From NCBI GenBank assembly GCA_041497895.1, contig JBGQHJ010000067.1, positions 1-25,150 on the forward strand: DNA of 25,150 nucleotides. The letters run 5' to 3'. Below are positions 1 to 7,713 of the stretch, in pieces. The notes beneath the pieces were generated by a model, which saw nothing but the letters and a program-made list of their open reading frames with translations, was not told the origin of the DNA and did no database searches. The position numbers and the translations under genes were made by a program. How positions within the stretch are numbered: position 1 is the first letter of the stretch; each line of letters opens with the position of its first letter. The DNA is from Candidatus Methylomirabilia bacterium. GTDB lineage: Bacteria > Methylomirabilota > Methylomirabilia > Rokubacteriales > CSP1-6.

Positions 1-51
1 CCGCCGCGACGAGGTCCCGCCGCCGCCGCTCCCGTGCGCTTTTTGACCCAT
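1..51 (-). CDS. Partial CDS (5' end only), probably a Tat-exported protein
   Basis: Manual translation: ATG at 51 preceded by GAGGAGG RBS, reading MGQKAHGSGGGGTSSRR before running off the window. SRR fits the start of a twin-arginine motif. Not in the ORF track. Confidence 0.6.
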   Translation of the reverse strand, partial: MGQKAHGSGGGGTSSRR

Positions 52-81
52 GCCGTCACCTCCTCGTCGCCGTTTGCCTTC

Positions 82-87
82 ATCATA
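82..87 (-). promoter_or_regulatory. Putative sigma70 -10 box (TATGAT) for the partial gene at 1-51
   Basis: Plus-strand ATCATA at 82-87 reads TATGAT on the minus strand, 30 nt upstream of the ATG. No good -35 at 17 bp spacing. Confidence 0.5.
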
Positions 88-89
88 GC

Positions 90-133
90 GACCGGGAGGT
101 ATTGACACTCCGCTGACCGGAAGGTACTGACAC
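90..133. repeat. 19-bp imperfect tandem direct repeat with 25-bp period, probable transcription-factor sites
   Basis: gaccgggaggtattgacac (90-108) vs gaccggaaggtactgacac (115-133), 17/19 identical, intergenic and just upstream of the -10 box. Confidence 0.7.
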
Positions 134-149
134 CTGGCCCCCGACCCCG

Positions 150-908
150 TTACTGGGCGAGGGCGCCGCCGTCGATGACGACCTCGCTACCCGTCATGTA
201 GGAGGAATCGTCGGAGGCGAGGTAGAGCACCGCGCTCACGATCTCGGCCACGGTGCCCATCCGGCGGAGCGGCACGCGCTGCAGGCGCTTGTCCATCGCG
301 TCGCGGTCCCGGAAGGCGCTGTGGAACATCTCGGTGTCGACCGGGCCGGGGTGGACGGAGTTGCAGCGGATCCGGTCCTTGGCGTGCTGGGACGCGGTCA
401 CCTTGGTGAAGATCCGGATGGCGCCCTTGCTCGCCGCGTAGGCGGGCTCCTGATGGAGCGACTGACCGATGCCGGCCACCGAGGAGATGTTGACGATGGA
501 GCCGCCGCCCGACCGGCGCATGGCCGGGATCGCGTACTTGGTCCCGAGGAAGACGCCCTTGGCGTTGACCGCCATCACCTGGTCCCACTCCGCGGCGGTG
601 CGGTCCTCGATCGACACCTTGGGGATCACGATGGCCGCGTTGTTGACCAGGATGTCGAGCCGGCCGTGGCTGTCCAGCGCGGTCTGCACCGCCGCTCGCC
701 AGTCCGCCTCGCTGGTCACGTCCAGGTGGAGATAGGTGGCCTCGCCGCCGCTCGCCCGGATGGCGGCCGCGACCTTCTTCCCCTCGTCGTCCCGGATGTC
801 CCCGAACACGACCCGAGCGCCCTCCCGGGCGAAGGTCTCCGCTTCCGCCGCGCCCTGGCCCCGGGCCCCGCCGCTGATCAGCGCGACCTTCCCGTCGAGC
901 TTGCCCAT
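150..908 (-). CDS. Classical short-chain dehydrogenase/reductase (FabG / 3a,20b-HSD / cyclopentanol dehydrogenase-like)
   Basis: SGGARGQG glycine motif, acidic residue after beta2 (FGD, NAD preference), NNA, catalytic S and YAASK, HPGPVDT, C-terminal DGG. Confidence 0.95.
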   Translation of the reverse strand: MGKLDGKVALISGGARGQGAAEAETFAREGARVVFGDIRDDEGKKVAAAIRASGGEATYLHLDVTSEADWRAAVQTALDSHGRLDILVNNAAIVIPKVSIEDRTAAEWDQVMAVNAKGVFLGTKYAIPAMRRSGGGSIVNISSVAGIGQSLHQEPAYAASKGAIRIFTKVTASQHAKDRIRCNSVHPGPVDTEMFHSAFRDRDAMDKRLQRVPLRRMGTVAEIVSAVLYLASDDSSYMTGSEVVIDGGALAQ

Positions 909-916
909 GCCCCGGG

Positions 917-945
917 ATCATACCCCGGCCGGCTCGAAATGTCGG
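917..945 (-). promoter_or_regulatory. Putative leaderless-type sigma70 promoter of the SDR
   Basis: Minus strand CCGACA (945-940)-N17-TATGAT (922-917)-N8-ATG (908). No SD sequence. Confidence 0.55.
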
Positions 946-967
946 AATGTAAGACCTGACCCCGGCG

Positions 968-997
968 TTGACAAGCCGCGGACCGCCGTGCGACACA
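968..997 (+). promoter_or_regulatory. Putative promoter of the lyase gene
   Basis: Perfect TTGACA at 968-973, TG at 989-990 and a weak -10 (GACACA) at 992-997, 6 nt before ATG 1004. No SD. Confidence 0.35.
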
Positions 998-1003
998 TCC
1001 CCC

Positions 1004-2380
1004 ATGCTCGAGGAGCCCACGTCCCTCCGCATCGCCGACCCCGGGGTCCGCGCGCTGTTCACCGAGCCGGCGCGCTTCCAGTCCTGGTTGGACGTGGAGG
1101 CGGCGCTGGCCCGGGCCCAGGCCGAGCTGGGCATCATCCCGGAGGCGGCGGCCCGCGAGATCGTCCGCAAGGCTCACCTGTCCTTCCTGGATCTCGGCGC
1201 GGTGCGCGAGGGGCTGGCCCGCACCGGCCATCCGCTGGTGCCGCTGGTGTGGGAGCTCGACCACGCCTGCGAGGGCGACGCGGGCGGCTACGTGCACTGG
1301 GGCGCGACCACCCAGAACGTCACCCAGACCGGCCAGCTGCTCCAGGTACGCCGGGCCCACGAGATCTTCCTGCGCCAGCTCGCCGCCATCCTGACCACGC
1401 TCGCCGACCTCGCCGAGCGCACCAAGGACGTGCTGCTGCCCGGGCGCACCCACGGCCAGCACGCGGTGCCGGCCACCTTCGGCTTCAAGGTCGCGGTGTG
1501 GATCGACGAGCTCGGCCGCCACGTGGACCGCCTGCAGGGCTGCGAGGGGCGCGTGTTCGTGGCCATGCTCGGCGGCGGCGCGGGCACGCTCGCCTCGCTG
1601 GGCGAGCTGGGCCTGGCCACCCAGGAGAAGATGGCGGCCCACCTCGGCATGACCCCGATGCCGCTGCCCGCGCGCACCATCGGCGATCACCAGGCCGAGT
1701 ACGTGACGCTGCTCGGCATGCTGGCCTCGACGTGCGGCAAGATCGGGCGCGAGATCTACACGCTGATGAAGCAGGAGTTCGGCGAGGTCGAGGAGCCGGT
1801 GCCGCCCGGCACCGTGGGCAGCAGCACGATGCCCCAGAAGCGCAATCCCAAGCTCTCGCAGGACATCATCGCCGCCTCCGCCCAGATCCGGGCGCTGGTG
1901 CCGCTCGCGCTCGAGGCGATGCAGACCGAGCACGAGGCCGACCGCACCACCAGCATCATGATGAGCCGGGCCATCGTGCAGGCCTGCGAGCTGACCGGCG
2001 ACATGCTGGAGCGCGTGGCGGTCCTCATGGACGGCCTGCAGGTCTTCCCGGAGCGCATGCGCGAGAACCTCGATCTCTCCGGCGGTCTCATCATGGCCGA
2101 GGCGCTCATGCTCGAGCTGGGCCGGCAGATCGGGCGGCAGCGCGCCCACGACGCGGTCTACGAGGCGGCGCAGGGCTCGGTCACGCAGGCGCGTCCGTTC
2201 CGCGAGATGCTGGCGCTGGACCCGCACGTGAGCGCGGGGCTCACCCCCGCGCAGATGGAGGCGCTGCTCGACCCCGCGCGCTACACCGGCCTCTGCCGCG
2301 AGTTCGCGGAGCGCGCCGCCGCCCTGGGCCGCGAGATCGCGGCGACGATCGCGCGGCGGCCCGCGGCCCGCGCCACCTGA
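1004..2380 (+). CDS. Fumarase/aspartase superfamily lyase (adenylosuccinate lyase / PcaB / succinyl-adduct lyase-like)
   Basis: Signature GSSTMPQKRNP, HWGATTQN, GRTHGQHA and an ADSL C-terminal domain (LLDPARYTG). Start placed at ATG 1004 because the track's TTG 968 is the -35 box. Confidence 0.92.
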   Translation: MLEEPTSLRIADPGVRALFTEPARFQSWLDVEAALARAQAELGIIPEAAAREIVRKAHLSFLDLGAVREGLARTGHPLVPLVWELDHACEGDAGGYVHWGATTQNVTQTGQLLQVRRAHEIFLRQLAAILTTLADLAERTKDVLLPGRTHGQHAVPATFGFKVAVWIDELGRHVDRLQGCEGRVFVAMLGGGAGTLASLGELGLATQEKMAAHLGMTPMPLPARTIGDHQAEYVTLLGMLASTCGKIGREIYTLMKQEFGEVEEPVPPGTVGSSTMPQKRNPKLSQDIIAASAQIRALVPLALEAMQTEHEADRTTSIMMSRAIVQACELTGDMLERVAVLMDGLQVFPERMRENLDLSGGLIMAEALMLELGRQIGRQRAHDAVYEAAQGSVTQARPFREMLALDPHVSAGLTPAQMEALLDPARYTGLCREFAERAAALGREIAATIARRPAARAT

Positions 2381-2384
2381 GCGG

Positions 2385-2771
2385 TCAGTCGACGACCGCG
2401 ATCGCCTCCACCTCCACCAGCAGGTCGGGGTGGGCGAGCTTGCGCACCTCCACCGTGGTGCTGGTCGGCAGCGCGCCGAAGTACTCCATGCGCACGTCGA
2501 CGTGCTTGAAGAACTCCTCGATGTCGGTGACGTAGGTGTTGGTCTTCACGATGTCGGCGAGGGTGGCACCGGCCGCGGCCAGCGCGGCCTTGATGTTCTC
2601 GCCCACCTGGCGGAGCTGGGCGCGCATGTCGCCGGGCCCGACGACCTCGCCGGCCGGGCCGCGGGCGAGCTGGCCCGACACGAAGATCGTCTTCTTGCCC
2701 TCGACGACCACCACGTGGGAGTAGAGCACGTGCCCGCCCACGACCCGCTTTGAGAGCGCCGGCGGCTGGAT
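2385..2771 (-). CDS. Rid (YjgF/YER057c/UK114) family protein, Arg-less subfamily; start uncertain (ATC 2771 or GTG 2741)
   Basis: YSH...FVSGQ, IVKTNTYVTD and LVEVEAIA motifs. PTST replaces the PARS carrying the catalytic Arg of RidA. The frame is open up to TGA at 2796-2798 and the RBS AGGAGA lies at 2786-2781. Confidence 0.88.
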   Translation of the reverse strand: MQPPALSKRVVGGHVLYSHVVVVEGKKTIFVSGQLARGPAGEVVGPGDMRAQLRQVGENIKAALAAAGATLADIVKTNTYVTDIEEFFKHVDVRMEYFGALPTSTTVEVRKLAHPDLLVEVEAIAVVD

Positions 2772-2793
2772 GTTCTGGCGTCTCCTGAGGTCG

Positions 2794-2800
2794 TATCATA
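2794..2800. promoter_or_regulatory. Overlapping divergent -10 boxes (TATCAT on +, TATGAT on -)
   Basis: TATCATA is the only AT-rich patch between the divergent Rid and hydrolase genes; each strand has an SD downstream of it. Confidence 0.5.
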
Positions 2801-2824
2801 GCCGGCCGGGAGGACGAGCGCGAC

Positions 2825-3607
2825 ATGCCGGTGTCCGGGGCGGCCACGGAGCGGGGGATCTGGGCAGCGCGTGGCGGCCGGGGCGAGCCGCTCCTCGTCC
2901 TCCTCCACGGCATGGGGGCCAACGCGTCGGTCTGGGAGCGCCTGCTCCCGCTCGTCGAGCGCTCCTGGCCGGGCCGGTGGCTCGCGCCGGATCTCCGAGG
3001 CCACGGCCGCTCGGTGCGGGAGGGCCCCTACGGCATCGGCGCGCACGCGGCCGACGTGGCCGCGATCATCGAGGCGGAGGCATCGGGCCCGGTCACCCTG
3101 GTCGGCCACTCGTTCGGGGGGGCGGTGGCGGCCCTGGTGGCCAGCGGGTGGTTCGGGCCACTGGTGAGCGACGTCGCGGCGTTCGGGGTCAAGATCGAAT
3201 GGAGCGAGGCCGAGATCGAGAAGGCGCGCGGGCTGGCGCGCCGCCCGGCGCCGGTCTTCGCCACGCGGGAGGAGGCCATCGAGCGCTACCTGCGGCTCTC
3301 GGGGCTGGCCGGCCTGGCCGAGCCTTCCTCCGCCACCGCGGGCGCCGGCGTCACCGGCACCGCCGGCCGATTCCAGGTGGCCATGGACCCGCGCGCCTGG
3401 GGCGCGGTGGGGCCGCCGATCGCCGCCCTGCTCCGGCTGGCCGCGGCGCCGCTGCGCCTGGCCGCGGGCGAGCGCGACCCGATGGTCAGCCTGGAGCAGA
3501 TGCGGCGCATCGATCCCGGCGCGCGCACCTTCGCCGGCGTCGGGCACAATGCGCACTGGGAAGCGCCCGAGCGGGTCTGGGAGTTCATCGCGGGAGGGGA
3601 TCGATGA
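2825..3607 (+). CDS. Alpha/beta fold hydrolase
   Basis: LLHG, PDLRGHGRS, nucleophile elbow GHSFG, acid GERD, catalytic His in GHNAH. GGAGG RBS upstream. Confidence 0.92.
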   Translation: MPVSGAATERGIWAARGGRGEPLLVLLHGMGANASVWERLLPLVERSWPGRWLAPDLRGHGRSVREGPYGIGAHAADVAAIIEAEASGPVTLVGHSFGGAVAALVASGWFGPLVSDVAAFGVKIEWSEAEIEKARGLARRPAPVFATREEAIERYLRLSGLAGLAEPSSATAGAGVTGTAGRFQVAMDPRAWGAVGPPIAALLRLAAAPLRLAAGERDPMVSLEQMRRIDPGARTFAGVGHNAHWEAPERVWEFIAGGDR

Positions 3608-4839
3608 CGGCTGCGCGCGCCCTGGCGCGGACCTTCGACCTCAAGCGGCTCGACGCGGCCTTCCTCGAAGATCCGTTCCCGGTCTACCGCGCGCTGTGCG
3701 AGCACGACCCGGTGCACCGGATGCCGGACGGCTCGTACTTCCTGAGCCGCTACGACGACTGCGCCGCGGTGTACCGCGATCCCGGGACGTGGAGCTCGGA
3801 CAAGACGGTGGACTTCCGGCCGAGCCTCGGCGACGGCGCGCTCTACGAGCACCACACCACGAGCCTGGTCTTCAACGATCCGCCGTACCACAGCCGGGTC
3901 CGCAAGCTGCTGGCCCCCGCGTTCACGCCGCGATCGCTGATGGCGCTCCAGCCGCGCATCGAGGATCTCGTGGATCGCCTGCTCGACCGCGCCGCCGCGC
4001 GCGGGAGCATGGACCTCATCGCGGACTTCGCGGCCGCGGTCCCGATCCAGCTCGTCGGGGACATGCTCGGGGTGCCCGAGGCCGAGCGCGGCCCGCTGCG
4101 CGGCTGGTCGCTGGCGATACTGGGCGGGCTCGAGCCGGCGCCGACCGCGGAGCAGCTCGAGCGCGGCAACCGGGCGGTGGACGAGTTCAAGATCTACCTC
4201 CGCGACCTGATCGACCGGCGGGGCCGGGAGCCGGGCCGTGAGGAGGAGATCCTCTCCAAGCTGACCGCGGGGAGCGCGCTCGGACCGGGCGAGGCGTCCG
4301 AGGATCGGCTGGGCGAGCTCGAGCTGCTCCACAACTGCATCTTCATCCTCAACGCGGGGCACGAGACCACCACCAACCTGATCGGCAACGGGATCGATCT
4401 CCTGCTTCGCCACCCCGCCGCGCTGCGCGAGCTCCGCGCGGATCCCGGGGCCATCGGCACCGCGGTGGAGGAGATCCTCCGCCTCGAGAGCTCGAACCAG
4501 CTCGGCAACCGCCGGGCCGCGCGGGACACCGTGCTGGGCGGGGTCCCGATGCCGGCCGGCACCTACGTCCACATCGGCATCGGGGCGGCCAACCGCGATC
4601 CGGCCCAGTTCCCCGAGCCCGACCGCCTCGACATCCGGCGGCATCCCAACCGGCACCTGGCGTTCGGCACCGGCATCCACGCCTGCGCCGGCATGTGGCT
4701 GGCCCGCATGGAGGGGCAGGTGGCGATCGGCCGGCTCGTGCGGCGGTTTGCGTCCATCGAGCGGGACGGAGACGTCGTGCGCGGCGGCCGGGCCCGGTTC
4801 CGCGGGTTCCTCCGCTACCCGATCCGCGTGCGCGCGTGA
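3604..4839 (+). CDS. Cytochrome P450
   Basis: [10 protein letters not shown]-helix AGHETT, K-helix EILR, AANRDP and heme ligand [14 protein letters not shown] overlap with the hydrolase stop gives start 3604, not 2770. Confidence 0.97.
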   Translation: MTAARALARTFDLKRLDAAFLEDPFPVYRALCEHDPVHRMPDGSYFLSRYDDCAAVYRDPGTWSSDKTVDFRPSLGDGALYEHHTTSLVFNDPPYHSRVRKLLAPAFTPRSLMALQPRIEDLVDRLLDRAAARGSMDLIADFAAAVPIQLVGDMLGVPEAERGPLRGWSLAILGGLEPAPTAEQLERGNRAVDEFKIYLRDLIDRRGREPGREEEILSKLTAGSALGPGEASEDRLGELELLHNCIFILNAGHETTTNLIGNGIDLLLRHPAALRELRADPGAIGTAVEEILRLESSNQLGNRRAARDTVLGGVPMPAGTYVHIGIGAANRDPAQFPEPDRLDIRRHPNRHLAFGTGIHACAGMWLARMEGQVAIGRLVRRFASIERDGDVVRGGRARFRGFLRYPIRVRA

Positions 4840-4900
4840 TCGGCCACTGGCGCAGCGCCCCGCGCATGCCGTAGGCTGTGGGCCCGGGAGAGAGAGCGAC

Positions 4901-5794
4901 ATGCTACCGACGCACGGACGCTACGATTACTCGAACATCACCACGCGGCCCGACTACTCCTGGCCGGGAGGCCGGCGGCTCGCGGTGTACCTCGCGCTCA
5001 ACATCGAGGCCTTCGGCTTCGGGGTGGGCAAGGGCGCGGCCATCGCGCCACCCGACCAGGCGCAGAGCCACAGCGTCTACAGCTGGCGGGACTACGGCAA
5101 CCGGGTCGGCATCTGGCGGCTCTTCGAGCTGCTCGACGAGCTGGGGTTGCCCGCCGAGGCCCAGATGAACGCGGCGGTCTACGAGATGGCGCCGGACATC
5201 CCCGCGAAGCTGCGCGCGCGCGCCGACGAGATCCTGGGCCACGGCCTCAGCAACTCCGACGAGCAGGGGCAGCTCAGCGAGGACCGCGAGCGCGCCCTGA
5301 TCGCGGAGGCGACCGCGACCATCGAGCGGCACGAGGGCGCCCGGCCGGTCGGCTGGATGAGCCCCTGGCTCTCCAACAGCGCGGTGACCATGGACCTGCT
5401 GCAGGAGGCGGGCTACCGCTACGTGATGGACTGGACCATGGACGACCAGCCCATCTGGCTCTCCACCCGCAAGGGCCGCATCCTCTCGATCCCGTACCCG
5501 ATCGAGGTGAACGACACACGCGGGGTCATCTGGTACCACCACACCGCGCAGGAGTTCGCGGACATGATCACCGACCAGTTCGACGAGATGCTGGCCCAGT
5601 CGGCCCGCCAGCCGCTCGTCTGCCCGATCTCGCTCCACCCCTTCGTCTTCGGGCGCCCGTACCGCATCCGCCGGCTGCGCCGCGCGCTCCAGCACATCCT
5701 GGGCCACGGCGATCGCGTGTGGATCACCCGCCCCCGCGACATCTGCGCCCACATCGAATCGCTTCCCGCCGGCGTCGTTCCGGGCAGCCGCTGA
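4901..5794 (+). CDS. Polysaccharide deacetylase (CE4) family, PuuE/allantoinase-like subgroup
   Basis: WPGGRRLAV..NIE, DYGNRVGIWRL, EILGHG, GWMSP, DDQP, ISLHP and VWIT motifs. Purine-rich RBS before ATG 4901. Confidence 0.9.
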   Translation: MLPTHGRYDYSNITTRPDYSWPGGRRLAVYLALNIEAFGFGVGKGAAIAPPDQAQSHSVYSWRDYGNRVGIWRLFELLDELGLPAEAQMNAAVYEMAPDIPAKLRARADEILGHGLSNSDEQGQLSEDRERALIAEATATIERHEGARPVGWMSPWLSNSAVTMDLLQEAGYRYVMDWTMDDQPIWLSTRKGRILSIPYPIEVNDTRGVIWYHHTAQEFADMITDQFDEMLAQSARQPLVCPISLHPFVFGRPYRIRRLRRALQHILGHGDRVWITRPRDICAHIESLPAGVVPGSR

Positions 5795-5823
5795 AGCGCC
5801 CGCATTCCACCGAGGAGGACCAG

Positions 5824-6696
5824 ATGAAGATCGGCGTCGTGATGCCGCAGACCGAGATGGGGAACGACCCGGGGGCCATCAAGGCCTACGCGGAGGCGGT
5901 CGAGGACATGGGCTTCACCCACATCCTGGTCTTCGACCACGTGCTGGGCGCCAACCCGGAGCGTCCCGGCGGATGGAAGGGGCCCTACACGTACCGCCAC
6001 GCCTTCCACGAGCCGTTCGTGCTCTTCGGCTTCCTGGCCGCGGCCACCCGCCGGGTCGGGCTCGTGACCGGCATCGTGATCCTCCCGCAGCGGCAGACCG
6101 CGCTGGTGGCCAAGCAGGCCGCCGCGGTGGACGTGCTCTCGGGCGGGCGCCTGCGGCTGGGCGTCGGGGTCGGCTGGAACCCGGTGGAGTTCGAGGCGCT
6201 CGGCGAGGACTTCCACACGCGCGGGCGGCGCGTCGAGGAGCAGGTCGAGGTGATGCGGGCGCTCTGGACGAAGGAGCTGGTCACGTTCAGCGGGCAGCAC
6301 CACCGCATCTCGGACGCCGGCCTCAACCCGCTGCCGGTGCAGCGGCCCATCCCGGTGTGGATGGGCGGCGAGAGTGAGATCGTGCAGCGGCGGATGGCCC
6401 GCGTCGCCGACGGCTGGATGCCGCACTTCCGGCCGGGCACGGCCTCGCAGGAGGTGGTCGACCGGATGCACGGCATGATCCGCGAGGCCGGCCGCGATCC
6501 CAAGGTCTTCGGCATCGAGGGCCGCATGACCCTGCCGCAGATCCCGCCCGCCGACTGGGGCCGAGAGCTCGAGACGTGGAAGACGATGCGCGGCATCACC
6601 CATCTCTGCGTGAACACGGGCGGCATGGGCCTCAAGACCCCGGCCGATCACGTGCAGACGCTCCGGCGGTTCCGGGAGGCGGTGGGCCTCAAGTAG
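5824..6696 (+). CDS. LLM-class oxidoreductase, probably F420-dependent (Rv2161c/TIGR03619-like)
   Basis: MKIG start, DHV, EPFVLFGFLAAAT, LSGGRLRLGVGVGWN..EF, PVQRPIPVWMGG, DGW. GAGGAGG RBS before ATG 5824. Confidence 0.9.
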   Translation: MKIGVVMPQTEMGNDPGAIKAYAEAVEDMGFTHILVFDHVLGANPERPGGWKGPYTYRHAFHEPFVLFGFLAAATRRVGLVTGIVILPQRQTALVAKQAAAVDVLSGGRLRLGVGVGWNPVEFEALGEDFHTRGRRVEEQVEVMRALWTKELVTFSGQHHRISDAGLNPLPVQRPIPVWMGGESEIVQRRMARVADGWMPHFRPGTASQEVVDRMHGMIREAGRDPKVFGIEGRMTLPQIPPADWGRELETWKTMRGITHLCVNTGGMGLKTPADHVQTLRRFREAVGLK

Positions 6697-6701
6697 CGCG
6701 G

Positions 6702-6730
6702 TTCCATTGGATGGCCCGGCCGCGTAGAGT
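6702..6730 (+). promoter_or_regulatory. Putative sigma70 promoter of the transglycosylase gene
   Basis: TTCCAT (6702-6707)-N17-TAGAGT (6725-6730), then AAGGA and ATG 6743. Confidence 0.4.
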
Positions 6731-6742
6731 TGAAGGATCCCC

Positions 6743-7597
6743 ATGGCCACCCGGATCGCCCGAGCCGTCCGTCCCAGGATTCGCGCCGGCCGCGCCCGGC
6801 GCGCGATGCGCTGGCTGCGCTCGCCCCGCGCCCGGCGCCTCTGGCGTCGGGTGCTGGCCGCGCCGGTGGCGGTGCGCCTGGTGATCGGGCTGATCCTCCT
6901 GGTGGCCCTGTGGTCGGCGGCGAACTGGACCTATCACGTGATCCGCAAGCCGACCGAGCTGTTCTTCCCGGTGAGCGGCACGCTCGCCAAGGCGCCTCCC
7001 GAGACGTGGCGGCAGTACGCGCCGCTCTTCCGGCGCCACTCGACCGCCGCGATCTCGCCCGAGCTGCTCGCCGCGCTGGCCCAGGTGGAGGGCTCGGGCG
7101 ACCCGGTGGCCCGCACCTACTGGCGCTGGCGGGTGGCGTGGAACCCGTTCGACGTGTACCGGCCCGCGTCGAGTGCGGTCGGCATGTACCAGATCACCGA
7201 TCCCACCTTCCAGGAGGCCCGCCGCTACTGCGTGCGCGACCACGTGGTGATCGAGGACGGCTGCTGGTTCCGGAGTCTCTACACGCGCGTGCTGCCGAGC
7301 CACGCGGTCGAGATGACCGCGGCGCTGCTCGACCGCGACGTCGCGCGCACGCTCGAGCGGAGGCGGATCGTCACCGCCACGCCGCGCCAGAAGCAGGACC
7401 TGGCCGCGGTCATCCACCTGTGCGGGACGGGGCCCGGCGACGACTTCGCCCGGCGCGGCTTCCGGCTCGTCCCGGGCCAGCGCTGCGGCGACCACGACGT
7501 GACGGCGTACCTGGGGCGGGTCAACGGCATGAAGCGGCAGTTCACGCGCATGGCCGCCGCGGAGCCCACGGACGAGCCGGCCTGGGCGCGCCGGTAG
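6743..7597 (+). CDS. Membrane-anchored lysozyme-like / SLT-domain lytic transglycosylase (divergent)
   Basis: Arg-rich N-terminus, one TM helix, LLAALAQVEGSG (catalytic Glu, motif I), SAVGMYQIT (motif II) and C-terminal YLGRV. Confidence 0.75.
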   Translation: MATRIARAVRPRIRAGRARRAMRWLRSPRARRLWRRVLAAPVAVRLVIGLILLVALWSAANWTYHVIRKPTELFFPVSGTLAKAPPETWRQYAPLFRRHSTAAISPELLAALAQVEGSGDPVARTYWRWRVAWNPFDVYRPASSAVGMYQITDPTFQEARRYCVRDHVVIEDGCWFRSLYTRVLPSHAVEMTAALLDRDVARTLERRRIVTATPRQKQDLAAVIHLCGTGPGDDFARRGFRLVPGQRCGDHDVTAYLGRVNGMKRQFTRMAAAEPTDEPAWARR

Positions 7598-7619
7598 CCC
7601 GCTCCCGTCGCCTCCCCGG

Positions 7620-7649
7620 TTGAATTCCCGGCCGCGCCCGGCATACGCT
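7620..7649 (+). promoter_or_regulatory. Putative sigma70 promoter of the SBP-VOC unit
   Basis: TTGAAT (7620-7625)-N18-TACGCT (7644-7649). Confidence 0.5.
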
Positions 7650-7713
7650 ACCGGCCATGACGTCGACCTCTCCACCCCCGGTCTCATCACCCGGCATCTC
7701 GACGGAGAGATCC

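Noticed and set aside
102..130. Plus-strand TTGACA-N17-TACTGA as an antisense promoter into the SDR
   Set aside because: The -10 lacks the conserved final T, and both hexamers are explained as parts of the 19-bp direct repeat.
90..133. Direct repeat as a CRISPR remnant or att site
   Set aside because: Only two 19-bp copies with a 6-bp gap; no cas gene, integrase or tRNA nearby.
1004..2380. Assigning the symbol purB or pcaB
   Set aside because: The motifs are shared across the superfamily and the context supports neither.
2770..3603. Apparent 689-aa P450 fusion with an N-terminal extension
   Set aside because: The extension is an alternative frame of the hydrolase gene; the P450 starts at the ATGA overlap at 3604.
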